Made by a program: the position numbers and the translations under genes
Virus record (IMG/VR): IMGVR_UViG_3300044630_000957
Span: 1-59,993 of that record
Strand: one strand, 5' to 3'
Length of the DNA stretch: 59,993 bases
Source: a virus
Lineage: Duplodnaviria > Caudoviricetes
The notes under the pieces: generated by a model
What the model saw: the letters and a program-made list of their open reading frames with translations, nothing else
The model's database searches: none
Told to the model about the DNA's origin: nothing
Shown here: positions 17,701 through 25,588 of the stretch, piece after piece
How positions within the stretch are numbered: the stretch's first letter is position 1
Layout of the letters: every line of letters begins with the position of its first letter

Positions 17701-20700
17701 GAGCTATTTAACGTAGCTTTTGTCATCATCGTATTGTCGGAGCCGTTTTCGGTTCCGAAATACATTATGTTTGAGCCGTATACGATTGCGCCATGCTGAC
17801 CCGCAGAGGCACCAAATGCAATACCATAAGCGGCAAAGGCTGTTGCAGGTTCATATATGTTACCGATGCCGACACCCGCACCGATATTTGACGGATCAAC
17901 ATCTCCGCCGGTTACGTAAACAGCATTTAATCTCGAACCGCCAGCCGGATCGAGGTAGTAGCTCGTGTTCGCGCTGTCGTAGTATATCGGGGCACGCATA
18001 TCGACGTTGGCCGTGACGTTACCGCTGCTGTTGATCGAAAGGCGTTGCGTGTTGCTTGTGAGGAAATTTAAGGGTATCGCGCCGGGTGTTACTATTTCGG
18101 CTGCGGATGAGTTGACCCCAAAATAAGCGATTGCGGTTCCGCCTACCTTTAACGCGTTGATTGCTGATGTAGCGCCGTTGGTTTCGATTAACCCGCGACC
18201 ACTTGTGCCGTAAACACTGGTGGCTCCGCCAACTATCACGTTACCGCCGTCACCCTGCAAACACAGATTTGTAGGTACGCTACCAGCGTATGCCTGTAAC
18301 GAACCTACATACCCCTGCACAGGGTCGTTGATATACCCCATCTGCAAACGGTAAGCGGTGTTGTTTGTGGCCTCGCCAATCTGGAGTTGGTTCCCACCAG
18401 CAAAGGTTGTTGGTGTTGTTGCGGGGATAAGCGTTAGACGCCCGCCGAAGTCCGTGGTAGTCCCCACCAGCAAGTTGCCGCTGGCGTTGATGCGCATACG
18501 TTCAGTGAAAGCCCCCGCCGCGCGCTGTCCAAAACGCATAACATCTGCTGTGTTGGTAAAAATCTGCAAGCCGTTACTGTCGGGCGTGCCGATGCCATAG
18601 TCAGCGGTGTAGCTGTAAAAAGACTTACTGATAGGTACAATTATGTTACCTTCAACACGCAGCCTCTCCACTGGTAAAGTGGTGCCAATACCGACATTCG
18701 TGCCGTCGTCGTATATAACCGACGCGCTGACAGCCGACGTGCCGTTACCCTTGAGAACGTAGCCCGATGACAGGGTCGTTGCGCCTGTGCCGCCATTGGC
18801 GACGTTCAGCGTGCCTGCAAGAGTGATCGTCCCGCTGGTGGTGACTGGGCCGCCAGACGTCGTCAGGCCGGTGGTGCCGCCGCTGACGTCGATACTCGTA
18901 ACGGTGCCCGCGCCACTCGCGGGCGAGGAGATAGTGAAGTTCGGGTACGTGCCGGTCACGGTCGTAGCGCCAGATCCTGTCAGCGACACAACCTGATCTG
19001 GGGCCGTGTTGGTGACGGTGATAGAGCCAGAGGACGTGATAGGGCCGCCAGAGACGCTGACGCCAGTTCCCGCAGTCAGGTTGACGCTGGTGACGGTGCC
19101 GGTGTTTGACGTAAAGCCAGACGGATTGCTCGCGGGGTACGCTCCGAGGTTCGTCAGCGCAGTTGCCGCGCTCGTCGCGCCAGTACCGCCATTAGCGATG
19201 GCAAGTGCGCCAGACGTGATCTGCGACGCAGCGATAGCGATTGCAGACGACGACGCAGACGTAATCTGACCCTGCGCGTTGACCGCGATGACAGGGACGG
19301 AGGACGCGCTGCCATAGGTCGATGCGCTTACGCCTGTGTTCGTGATGCTGAAGACCGTACCGGTCAGCGTCAGGCCAGTGCCCGCCGAGTACAGGACTGG
19401 CGCGGCGAACTGCGTGAACGTAATCGGCGTTGTGCCGACCGTAATCGGCAGTGGCGTCTGCTGCACCCACGACGTGTTGGACAGCGTCGATCCCGCCGTG
19501 ACAAGGAAGAAGTCGCCCGCGTCGATCTGGTCAACGCCAGTGCCTGCGCTGTCGAAGTCTGTTGCGCGTGTCAGGATGTACGGCGTCGAGCCGTTGCCGA
19601 CCTGCGTGACGGTGTAGACGCCGTTATTGGCCCCCGCCGCCTCGTCCTTGACCAAGATGCGGTTGCCCGCAACCACGGCCACGCCGTCGACCGAGAGTGC
19701 GCCGTTGGCATTGGCCGTGAGCGTCGCGCCGACGCCAGAAGTGCCGTTGTTGTACGTGTTGGCAGGCAGAGCCGCAGCCGTTGCCAAGCGCACGGACTGA
19801 TGGAAGTTGATGCCTGACGCGATGCTGTCGGCATACGCCTTGTTGACGATGTCGGTGCCGTTGACTGGCGACGTGCTGATTGTGCCTGTGGTGAGCGCAA
19901 TCGACGTGATGTCGGTGTTGGCACCAGAGGCCGCCGCGCTGAGGTTCGTGCGCGCCGTGGCGGCCACGCTCGCGCCTGTGCCGCCATTGGCGATGGCAAC
20001 GATGCCCGTTACGTTTGAGGCCGTGCCGGTCGTGTTCTGGTTGAGCGTTGGGATGTCCGCCGCAACGATAGCGCGGAACGTCGGCGTGCCTGCCGAGCCG
20101 TTCGGTGCCGCAAGGACCGTGTTGGCCGTCTGCGACGCGAAGTTGGACGGCAGGACGGCAAGCGTCCCACCAAGTGTCAGCGAACCTGCGGACGTCACTG
20201 TGCCGCTCAGGCTCAGGCCGCTGACGGTGCCGGTGCCTGAGACTGACGTCACCGTACCTACGTTAGATGTGAAGCCCGAAGGGTTGCTTGCGGGGTACGC
20301 ACCTAAGTTCGTTAGAGCAGCGACTGCGTCCGTTGCGCCAGTACCGCCATTGACGATGGCAAGCGTGCCGTTGAGGGTCAGTGTGCCCGCCGACGTAATT
20401 GGGCCGCCGGTAAACGACATGCCCGTTGTGCCGCCGCTGGCATTGACGCTGGTCACGGTGCCTGCGGTGCTGTCGTTCGATGTGATTGTGAAGCTAGGGT
20501 ACGTGCCAGTGACGGTCGTCGTGCCTGCGCCTGTTAGGGATACGACCTGATCTGGCGCGGTGTTGGTGACTGTGAACGACGGGTAGCTGCCGGTGACTGA
20601 GATTGCGGTGCCGCCTGTCAGCGCCACGACCTGATCGGGCGCAGCGTTGACCAGAGAGCCGCTGGCGAGCGTCAGACCATTGCCGACGGAGATTTCCTCC

Positions 20701-21695
20701 GCAGCGCCGACTGATGCCGTAGTGCGGCCTAGAAGCCGCGCAGAGGCCAATGTCAGGCCGCTGGCGGTGTATGCGCCCGGCGCGACGTAATCAATGCCTG
20801 CGGTGGCCGCAGACAGCTCTGTGCCGTTGCCTTTAAGCAAGCCGCTCACGGTCGTCGAAAGCGTGATAATCGGTGACAGGGTCGGGCTGGCAACGGTGCC
20901 CGCAAAACCGTTGGCGGTCGCGACGGCAACGCTGATTACGGTGCCCGCGCCTACCTCAGTCCAGAAGGGCACGCCGCCGGGGCCGCCAGAGCGCAGAACC
21001 TGCCCAATGCTTCCGGCGGTGGTCAGATACAGCTTGTCGTTGCTAGAATAGACGATGGCACCGGCAACAGGAGACAGACTGTTGCCAGTGCCGCCACGGG
21101 ACAAGGGGAGCACGCCTTGCGTTTCCGTGGTGTCGCTCAAGTCCACCGCAGGGTGGACGTGATCTCCACGCGCGGCAACAGTCGAGACACCGGAGGAACC
21201 GGGACCGAGAGGCTCAGGCGTTGTAGATGAAAAGATTACAGCGAAAGAACGGTTGGCGGAAAGATCTCCGCCGCCGGTCAGACCCGCGCCAGCCGTGATT
21301 GTGCGGCTGGTGGGGACGTAATTTGCGAGTACGATAGGTGCCGAGGTCGCACCCGTGACGCGGCCCTGCGCGTTGACCGTGAGGACTGGCACGCTGTCGG
21401 CGGCACCGTAAGTGCCAGCCGTGACGCCTGTGGTGGTCAGGCGGCTGTCATCGACACCGCCCGGCAAGATGAAGAGCGTGCGGTTGGTCGACAGATCTCC
21501 GCCGCCACCCAGACCGCTGCCTGTGTTGATTTCACGCGAGGACGGCACCGCGCCGACGGCAGCGATGTTGGCGAACTGGACCTTGAAGGTGCGTCCGTCG
21601 ATGATGTACGGCATGTAGCCGAGTGTGCTCGTTCCCTGATATTCAGGGAGGCCGGTGATGCGGGTAGGGATGAGATTTGTAGGGACGTTGCTCAA
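14736..21695 (-). CDS. Tail fibre protein 2 (2319 aa) with C-terminal peptidase S74 chaperone
   Basis: GGTG repeats, eight RAPIFYDS-type repeats, C-terminal FSDIRIKANV...AGVIAQEIE.VLPEAV...VDYN; TTG start overlapping the upstream TGA. Confidence 0.92.
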   Translation of the reverse strand: MSNVPTNLIPTRITGLPEYQGTSTLGYMPYIIDGRTFKVQFANIAAVGAVPSSREINTGSGLGGGGDLSTNRTLFILPGGVDDSRLTTTGVTAGTYGAADSVPVLTVNAQGRVTGATSAPIVLANYVPTSRTITAGAGLTGGGDLSANRSFAVIFSSTTPEPLGPGSSGVSTVAARGDHVHPAVDLSDTTETQGVLPLSRGGTGNSLSPVAGAIVYSSNDKLYLTTAGSIGQVLRSGGPGGVPFWTEVGAGTVISVAVATANGFAGTVASPTLSPIITLSTTVSGLLKGNGTELSAATAGIDYVAPGAYTASGLTLASARLLGRTTASVGAAEEISVGNGLTLASGSLVNAAPDQVVALTGGTAISVTGSYPSFTVTNTAPDQVVSLTGAGTTTVTGTYPSFTITSNDSTAGTVTSVNASGGTTGMSFTGGPITSAGTLTLNGTLAIVNGGTGATDAVAALTNLGAYPASNPSGFTSNVGTVTSVSGTGTVSGLSLSGTVTSAGSLTLGGTLAVLPSNFASQTANTVLAAPNGSAGTPTFRAIVAADIPTLNQNTTGTASNVTGIVAIANGGTGASVAATARTNLSAAASGANTDITSIALTTGTISTSPVNGTDIVNKAYADSIASGINFHQSVRLATAAALPANTYNNGTSGVGATLTANANGALSVDGVAVVAGNRILVKDEAAGANNGVYTVTQVGNGSTPYILTRATDFDSAGTGVDQIDAGDFFLVTAGSTLSNTSWVQQTPLPITVGTTPITFTQFAAPVLYSAGTGLTLTGTVFSITNTGVSASTYGSASSVPVIAVNAQGQITSASSSAIAIAASQITSGALAIANGGTGATSAATALTNLGAYPASNPSGFTSNTGTVTSVNLTAGTGVSVSGGPITSSGSITVTNTAPDQVVSLTGSGATTVTGTYPNFTISSPASGAGTVTSIDVSGGTTGLTTSGGPVTTSGTITLAGTLNVANGGTGATTLSSGYVLKGNGTSAVSASVIYDDGTNVGIGTTLPVERLRVEGNIIVPISKSFYSYTADYGIGTPDSNGLQIFTNTADVMRFGQRAAGAFTERMRINASGNLLVGTTTDFGGRLTLIPATTPTTFAGGNQLQIGEATNNTAYRLQMGYINDPVQGYVGSLQAYAGSVPTNLCLQGDGGNVIVGGATSVYGTSGRGLIETNGATSAINALKVGGTAIAYFGVNSSAAEIVTPGAIPLNFLTSNTQRLSINSSGNVTANVDMRAPIYYDSANTSYYLDPAGGSRLNAVYVTGGDVDPSNIGAGVGIGNIYEPATAFAAYGIAFGASAGQHGAIVYGSNIMYFGTENGSDNTMMTKATLNSSGSFTANGDVRAPIFYDSANTSYYLDPTGSTSLNTAGNLITSGNLTLNNGANRYVRIGSATNYSYDLQTTGDDFQIIEAGTTPRLTIKYPSGNVGIGTVTPLAKSHVVASTPTGIGALPSGVTGILDSSGNNYLLFRHSADNATYSGIAFQDNNMGGYVVFGNYGANPSDQLAIAGYNGGILQYGTSDTINPALRTTVASWNSTGLQINNGDMRAPIYYDSDNTGYYLDPASGSNLNGTLVNSGGTAMTAGWNRNMMLAATFPVLVFNSANAKYSGIGVDYTSADAGMYFWVNGSSSDVTGTGTIALGINTGNFVTAFGSSRAPIFYDSNNTAYYIDAASTSVLNDLNVASGNVLGAIATFNNMNQVHGQQTDFNAITNFGVRYVQGNTNGPGISGATQYYGFSLGLGSNYPYSDYASQFYWPRTAVGGLPYPSVRFREAGAWSAWSKIYAGWADAPSGATFAASGDFRAPIFYDSNNTAYYLDPAAGSRLGGQVLFDGGTVIQGNGDVYSRRSSGTTGVYYFADGGSKYLFWDGGAYFFGSAGFTQSDVSMRAPIFYDSNNTGFFIDAASTSSLITLLAQNLGVYDSGQTNDPYGKIAVTRATDGNNYSYYGLTRAGQLGAGFGIDTSNRFWWGSATPGYAGVASAIGMTMSMGGTLSVTADVRAPIFYDSNDTGYYLDPNGFSNLNRANFIAQSTDTSASSIYLGGQNVTTSGSLWINFHSDGDTNYRIGKPAGAWTQPLEIRFYTGQRFRASPAYGGFQFINIENSAVLFDIGNGSAFTRSNVNFYAPIMYDNNDSGFYVDPNGTSVLQTVSLGVQTWRGDITWNTGVNILVAASAECSFDVASAGVWQVWDLTVGAPMIKATAGTNVEIGQAGSRGLYVYGAITATGNVTAFSDIRIKANVETIPNALDKLDQIRGVTYTRTDLDDKEQRYAGVIAQEIETVLPEAVRDHGDIKAVDYNATIGLLIEAVKELTNKVKALEAKEQ

Positions 21696-22012
21696 AACTC
21701 GTCATCCTCGAAAAAGATTAGATAATCATCGCTGTCCTCAGTGATGAGGAACTGCTCGCTGTTTTGCGCGATAACGCCCGCCGGATTTGTAGCGAGAGGC
21801 ACATCGGGACGCAAGAATGGTAGCAGAATATTATCCGGCTGGCGAGCGGGAAGGCGATACGGATCGTATTGGTCGCGATCCCTCTCGCAGACTAGCAAGC
21901 CGGGGTAATTTGGGTCGGGCATCAAGTCAGCCAGCGGCATCTTGATGGAGCAGCGCCCACATATGCCGATCGCCAGCGTCGTATTGCCGCGTGTGTTGAG
22001 ATAGCGGGGCAT
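21692..22012 (-). CDS. CxxC-containing small protein, paralog 2 (106 aa)
   Basis: ATG at 22012 (TGATG overlap); IGICGRC...LLVC..DRDQYDP. Confidence 0.75.
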   Translation of the reverse strand: MPRYLNTRGNTTLAIGICGRCSIKMPLADLMPDPNYPGLLVCERDRDQYDPYRLPARQPDNILLPFLRPDVPLATNPAGVIAQNSEQFLITEDSDDYLIFFEDDEF

Positions 22013-22245
22013 CAGCCGTCCAACGCCACGTCTGGGCGCGGAAAGCGCAGGGTGATGTCCTCTGGCTGCCGCGCGGGCTCGCGCCACGGGTCGTAATCGT
22101 CCACGTCGTCGATGCAGACCTTTAGCGTCGGAATATTCCGGTCGCTGTACAGGTCATCAATAGGAAATTTACGCTTGCAGCGGTCACAAATGCCGATGCC
22201 GAGGTGATTTCGCCCGATGGTGTTGATGTAGCCCTCAACAGCCAT
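22012..22245 (-). CDS. CxxC-containing small protein, paralog 1 (77 aa)
   Basis: GAGG RBS; IGICDRC...LKVC..DVDDYDP. Confidence 0.8.
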   Translation of the reverse strand: MAVEGYINTIGRNHLGIGICDRCKRKFPIDDLYSDRNIPTLKVCIDDVDDYDPWREPARQPEDITLRFPRPDVALDG

Positions 22246-22249
22246 GATT

Positions 22250-23236
22250 TTACCTCGTGTACGGTGAAATATTGGGGGCGATCATCATCGGACTGTTGTC
22301 GCGCTCTTCCATTTGCGCGATATTCAGTGAAATCGCCGCCTTTTGGTCCAAAATCGGGATTAAATTGACGTCAACTTCGACCAATTCAAGCGCCATTTTG
22401 GCCGCCAGACCCGAAACGATGGCCTCAAGCCAGCGCTGAGGCACTTCAACGTCCTGCGTCATCGTACCGACGTCCATAATGTAGCGCTGACGCCACACGA
22501 CGATCTGGCAGACGGTCGCAGCCAAGTTCGGCACCGGCCACATGTGCATAATTGGGTTGTTGACCTGACGATCGAACCAATATTGCAGCGGGCGGTTCGA
22601 CTGAAACGCCTTATTTGGCAAGTTTGTGTAGTCGTCGCGGTTCATGCGCGCCAGCGGGATCTCGGTCGGCGTGTTTGCCAGATAGATTTGGCTGAAGCCG
22701 AGCGTGCCTGACGTCGCGCGGATGCGGAAATACCGAGACGCCACGCTGCTTTCCAGATCGTACCAAGTCCACTGGCCTGCGGTCGCGGTTGGCGTCTCAG
22801 ATTGGATCGTGACCCACGTCACGTTATCGTCTGAACGCTCAAATACGATAGGCACGGCGGGAGCGGACCAAAGGATGCCGGTGTTGGAGACGAATACGTC
22901 GTCGGTGAAGTCCACTTCGCGGGCCGTTGACGTTGTGTAATTGATGCCGGTCACCTGCTGGAGCCAGCGGAAGTTGCTGTTCAGGATGTCGACTGTGCCG
23001 TCGAGCATCGTGATGTCGCCCACGCCGTCGTACAGCGGGTAGATCTGCTTCTCGATGCACCAGAGCGGCGCGCCTTGGTTGGCCAAGTCGGAGAGGAACA
23101 GGTATAGCTGGTCGTTGGCTATGTCGATGTGTTCGGCGGTGATCTGTTGCGCCGTCAGCTTACAGCGACGGATCGCGTTGTCGATGACGCGCCGTGTGTT
23201 AAAATTAGTCTGTGAAACTGTGTCTGAAAACGCCAT
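22250..23236 (-). CDS. Head-tail connector / adaptor-like virion protein with an inserted beta-sandwich
   Basis: VIDNAIRRC...LANQG..LW, DYTNLPNK..RPLQYWFDR, MWPVP and VPQRWLEAIV.GLA motifs; central SRYFRIRAT insert. Confidence 0.6.
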   Translation of the reverse strand: MAFSDTVSQTNFNTRRVIDNAIRRCKLTAQQITAEHIDIANDQLYLFLSDLANQGAPLWCIEKQIYPLYDGVGDITMLDGTVDILNSNFRWLQQVTGINYTTSTAREVDFTDDVFVSNTGILWSAPAVPIVFERSDDNVTWVTIQSETPTATAGQWTWYDLESSVASRYFRIRATSGTLGFSQIYLANTPTEIPLARMNRDDYTNLPNKAFQSNRPLQYWFDRQVNNPIMHMWPVPNLAATVCQIVVWRQRYIMDVGTMTQDVEVPQRWLEAIVSGLAAKMALELVEVDVNLIPILDQKAAISLNIAQMEERDNSPMMIAPNISPYTR

Positions 23237-23300
23237 AAGGATGTGCTCGCATTGTTATCGCAGCAGCAAGCCGATGACAGCAAGCACCTCTAGCGTGGGT

Positions 23301-23329
23301 GGTATAGCGCAAAAACTGCCCGCCAGCAA
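23301..23329 (-). promoter_or_regulatory. Candidate promoter overlapping the terminator
   Basis: TTGCTG-N17-TATACC, with GCTATACC resembling alphaproteobacterial -10 elements. Confidence 0.45.
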
Positions 23330-23340
23330 GGCGAGCAGTT
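23311..23340 (-). terminator. Rho-independent terminator after the head-gene cluster
   Basis: AACTGCTCGCC-TTGCT-GGCGGGCAGTT followed by a T run on the minus strand. Confidence 0.75.
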
Positions 23341-23348
23341 CATTTATA

Positions 23349-23822
23349 TTAGCACTTACCCTTTGGCATTGCGGTCAGACCGCCCTTGCTGCGGCGGATC
23401 ATAGGCTTGCTGCTGTGTGCTGGAACGCCTTTCTTTGCTGCCGCAGCTTTCATCATCTGCGCTTCGCGGTCGGACATAGCGCCCATTCCACGAGCGCCAG
23501 CCTTAGCAGCCGCGCGGGCTGCGGCACCAGCCAAAGCGCCAGCAGCAGCGCCAGCCAAAGCACCGCCGCCTATCCCACTGGCAGGAGCCTTTGGCATTGG
23601 CTTCTTAACTGCGGGGCGACCTACGCCAAGATCTGCGTCAGTTGCGCGGCGGCCAGAGGCGTCGGTCGGGCGTGTTGAGATGCCTTCGACGGGTGCCTTG
23701 CGGCCAGACATGCGACGATCTTCCGCCGCAATCTCGGCCATCGTTGCGCGCTTGCCGCGTTCGTTGAACGTGCCACCTTCTGGCATGTACTGCGTCCGAG
23801 TGCTGTCTTTGAAACCTTTCAT
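23349..23822 (-). CDS. Basic low-complexity protein, possible internal head protein
   Basis: Start MKGFKDSTR at 23822, directly after the upstream stop; K/A/G/M-rich. Confidence 0.7.
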   Translation of the reverse strand: MKGFKDSTRTQYMPEGGTFNERGKRATMAEIAAEDRRMSGRKAPVEGISTRPTDASGRRATDADLGVGRPAVKKPMPKAPASGIGGGALAGAAAGALAGAAARAAAKAGARGMGAMSDREAQMMKAAAAKKGVPAHSSKPMIRRSKGGLTAMPKGKC

Positions 23823-23823
23823 G

Positions 23824-24000
23824 TCACTTACCTTTCTTGCGGGCCGCGGCCATATTATCAACGAGATTTGGATAGGGTCGTCCTGCCGCCTTGGCGCGAG
23901 CCTTAGCCGCTTTCTTGCGCTTGACCGACAAGTCTTTCGGCTTGCCGAGATCCTTCGGGCGCTTCTTGTCCCAGACAGGTTTTACTGCAAAGTCGCTCAT
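23824..24000 (-). CDS. Small very basic protein (58 aa), not in the ORF track
   Basis: MSDFAVKPVWDKKRPKDLGKPKDLSVKRKKAAKARAKAAGRPYPNLVDNMAAARKKGK; fills the gap exactly. Confidence 0.8.
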   Translation of the reverse strand: MSDFAVKPVWDKKRPKDLGKPKDLSVKRKKAAKARAKAAGRPYPNLVDNMAAARKKGK

Positions 24001-24001
24001 A

Positions 24002-24622
24002 TCAGCAATCCCATTTACGGAGTGAAAGTGCCTTGCGTGTCGGGCGACCCTTGTCGTCCTTCATCGGCCCCGGCATGCCAGACATGCGTGCGCAGAATGA
24101 CTTGCGACGCGCGGCTGCCTTTGGTGATTTCTTTGCCTGCTTCGCGCTGACAGGAGGCTTGATGTCCTTGCCCTGAGCGCGCAGCGATGCGCGGCCCTTG
24201 GCATTGAGGCCGCCTTCGGGGTTCTGCCCCTCCTTGCGGGTCCATGCGCCGCCGCCCTCGGCCATAGCGAGACCGCCCTTGCCAAAGGGCATGCGCAAGT
24301 TGGCGTTGACGCCGCGTTGCTGCGGATTGTAGCCCACGCCCGCAGAGAACTTTGGATTGCTGTACTGCGCCTGAAGCTGCTGGAGCGCGACGCCTTTGGG
24401 GTCGACGCGCATCTGAGCGCCAATGTCGAACTGGCCGTTGCGCATGGGCATCTGAGCGCCGACCTGCATGCCGTTCGGTGTTAAGTTCGCGTTGGCGCGG
24501 GGCGGTTGTCCTTGCTGCATTGGTTGCTGCATGGGCTGCTGCCCGCGCTTGTTCACGCCCAGCGCGTCGTCGATGTGGCTCTTGGCCTTAAACTGTCGGA
24601 GGTCGAAGGCGTTGTCCATCAT
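24002..24622 (-). CDS. Basic protein with a DUF6321-like C-terminal domain
   Basis: AWTRKEGQNPEGGLNAKGRAS...RRKSFCARM.GM...LRKWDC; beta-strand-rich N-terminal extension. Confidence 0.65.
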   Translation of the reverse strand: MMDNAFDLRQFKAKSHIDDALGVNKRGQQPMQQPMQQGQPPRANANLTPNGMQVGAQMPMRNGQFDIGAQMRVDPKGVALQQLQAQYSNPKFSAGVGYNPQQRGVNANLRMPFGKGGLAMAEGGGAWTRKEGQNPEGGLNAKGRASLRAQGKDIKPPVSAKQAKKSPKAAARRKSFCARMSGMPGPMKDDKGRPTRKALSLRKWDC

Positions 24623-25029
24623 CAATCTGCGTAGGACTTAACCATCTCAAGGATGATAGTGTACCTGTCACCGGCGCTGGCGTCGTGAGTAGAGAATTGG
24701 ATGTCGCCATTCTTACCTGCGCCTGCGTTGTTCCACAGACCGCCGAACTCCGTCAGGTCCATCGAGTACATGGTGTTCTGCGGGATTGACGTGATAAGCA
24801 CGTCCGTGGTGGCGTCCCAGAACATGTCAACAATTAGGCCGTGCGTAAAGACGTGCATCTTAACGATAGTAACGCCGTCGCAAGCCTTGCTGAAAGAGCT
24901 AGGGTTGAGCGTCGAAACATCAACCTTGGTCACCTTGGTCTCGCCGGTGCCGTCGGAGATGTTCGTAAATTTCATAATGGCCATACGCTCGCCATCGAAC
25001 AGGGTTTGTGTTGCTACTGCATCTGCCAT
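24622..25029 (-). CDS. Virion-associated beta-rich protein (135 aa)
   Basis: GAGGA RBS before MADAVATQT; located in the head module. Confidence 0.75.
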   Translation of the reverse strand: MADAVATQTLFDGERMAIMKFTNISDGTGETKVTKVDVSTLNPSSFSKACDGVTIVKMHVFTHGLIVDMFWDATTDVLITSIPQNTMYSMDLTEFGGLWNNAGAGKNGDIQFSTHDASAGDRYTIILEMVKSYAD

Positions 25030-25050
25030 CTGTGTATTCCTCAATAATCA

Positions 25051-25072
25051 GGGGCCACCCGAAGGCGACCCC
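25051..25072 (-). terminator. cUUCGg hairpin (terminator or stabiliser)
   Basis: GGGGTCGCC-TTCG-GGTGGCCCC on the minus strand; weak U tract. Confidence 0.6.
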
Positions 25073-25095
25073 CTCTTATAACATAAGACTAACGC

Positions 25096-25539
25096 TTAGT
25101 CATTAGCCGTTGTTTGCACGTACTGGTACGTGACGCGGACTTGTCCAACCGTAGGCTGGCCAACGGACGTCACTGTCGCAACGACAGTTCCGTTTGTTCC
25201 GATGTTGTCCATTGCAGCAAGCTGTGCCGCAGTGAACGTAGGCAGAACGCGGACACCAGTTTTGGCATTGACGCCGCTTGCGTAGGTGGTCGCACCCGAT
25301 GCCGTACCGACAGAGACAGTTGCCGAGGTGGCACTGTCGTACTGCGTGAGCACGTCAACGATGATGTTCACAATCTGCGAACCGAAAGGCAAGTAGACTG
25401 TGCCGTTTTGCACGAGTGTGGCGTCGAAGTTGATCAACACGGTCTGCGAAAGAACCGCGAGACCGATGTTTGGGCCGCCTGCTTTACCGGCGTTAATGTC
25501 GCCGGAGGCAAGTGGGCCGCTCCAAGTAGTTTGTGACAT
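25096..25539 (-). CDS. Capsid decoration / cement protein candidate
   Basis: AAAGGAGA RBS; MSQTTWSGP N-terminus; beta-rich; immediately after the major capsid gene. Confidence 0.65.
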   Translation of the reverse strand: MSQTTWSGPLASGDINAGKAGGPNIGLAVLSQTVLINFDATLVQNGTVYLPFGSQIVNIIVDVLTQYDSATSATVSVGTASGATTYASGVNAKTGVRVLPTFTAAQLAAMDNIGTNGTVVATVTSVGQPTVGQVRVTYQYVQTTAND

Positions 25540-25563
25540 TTAGTTTCTCCTTTAGAGAAGGGA

Positions 25564-25581
25564 GGGGGACCGAAGTCCCCC
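25564..25581 (-). terminator. cUUCGg hairpin after the major capsid gene
   Basis: GGGGGAC-TTCG-GTCCCCC followed by a pyrimidine run. Confidence 0.65.
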
Positions 25582-25588
25582 AACCCAA

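Noticed and set aside
14736-18010. Diversity-generating retroelement or invertase shufflon acting on the fibre
   Set aside because: No reverse transcriptase or recombinase gene was seen, there is no template/variable repeat pair differing at adenines, and the repeats are direct and in frame.
24001-24010. ATCAGCAAT as a fifth copy of the early leader
   Set aside because: It is antisense within a late gene end, and lacks the upstream operator and the SD; likely chance.
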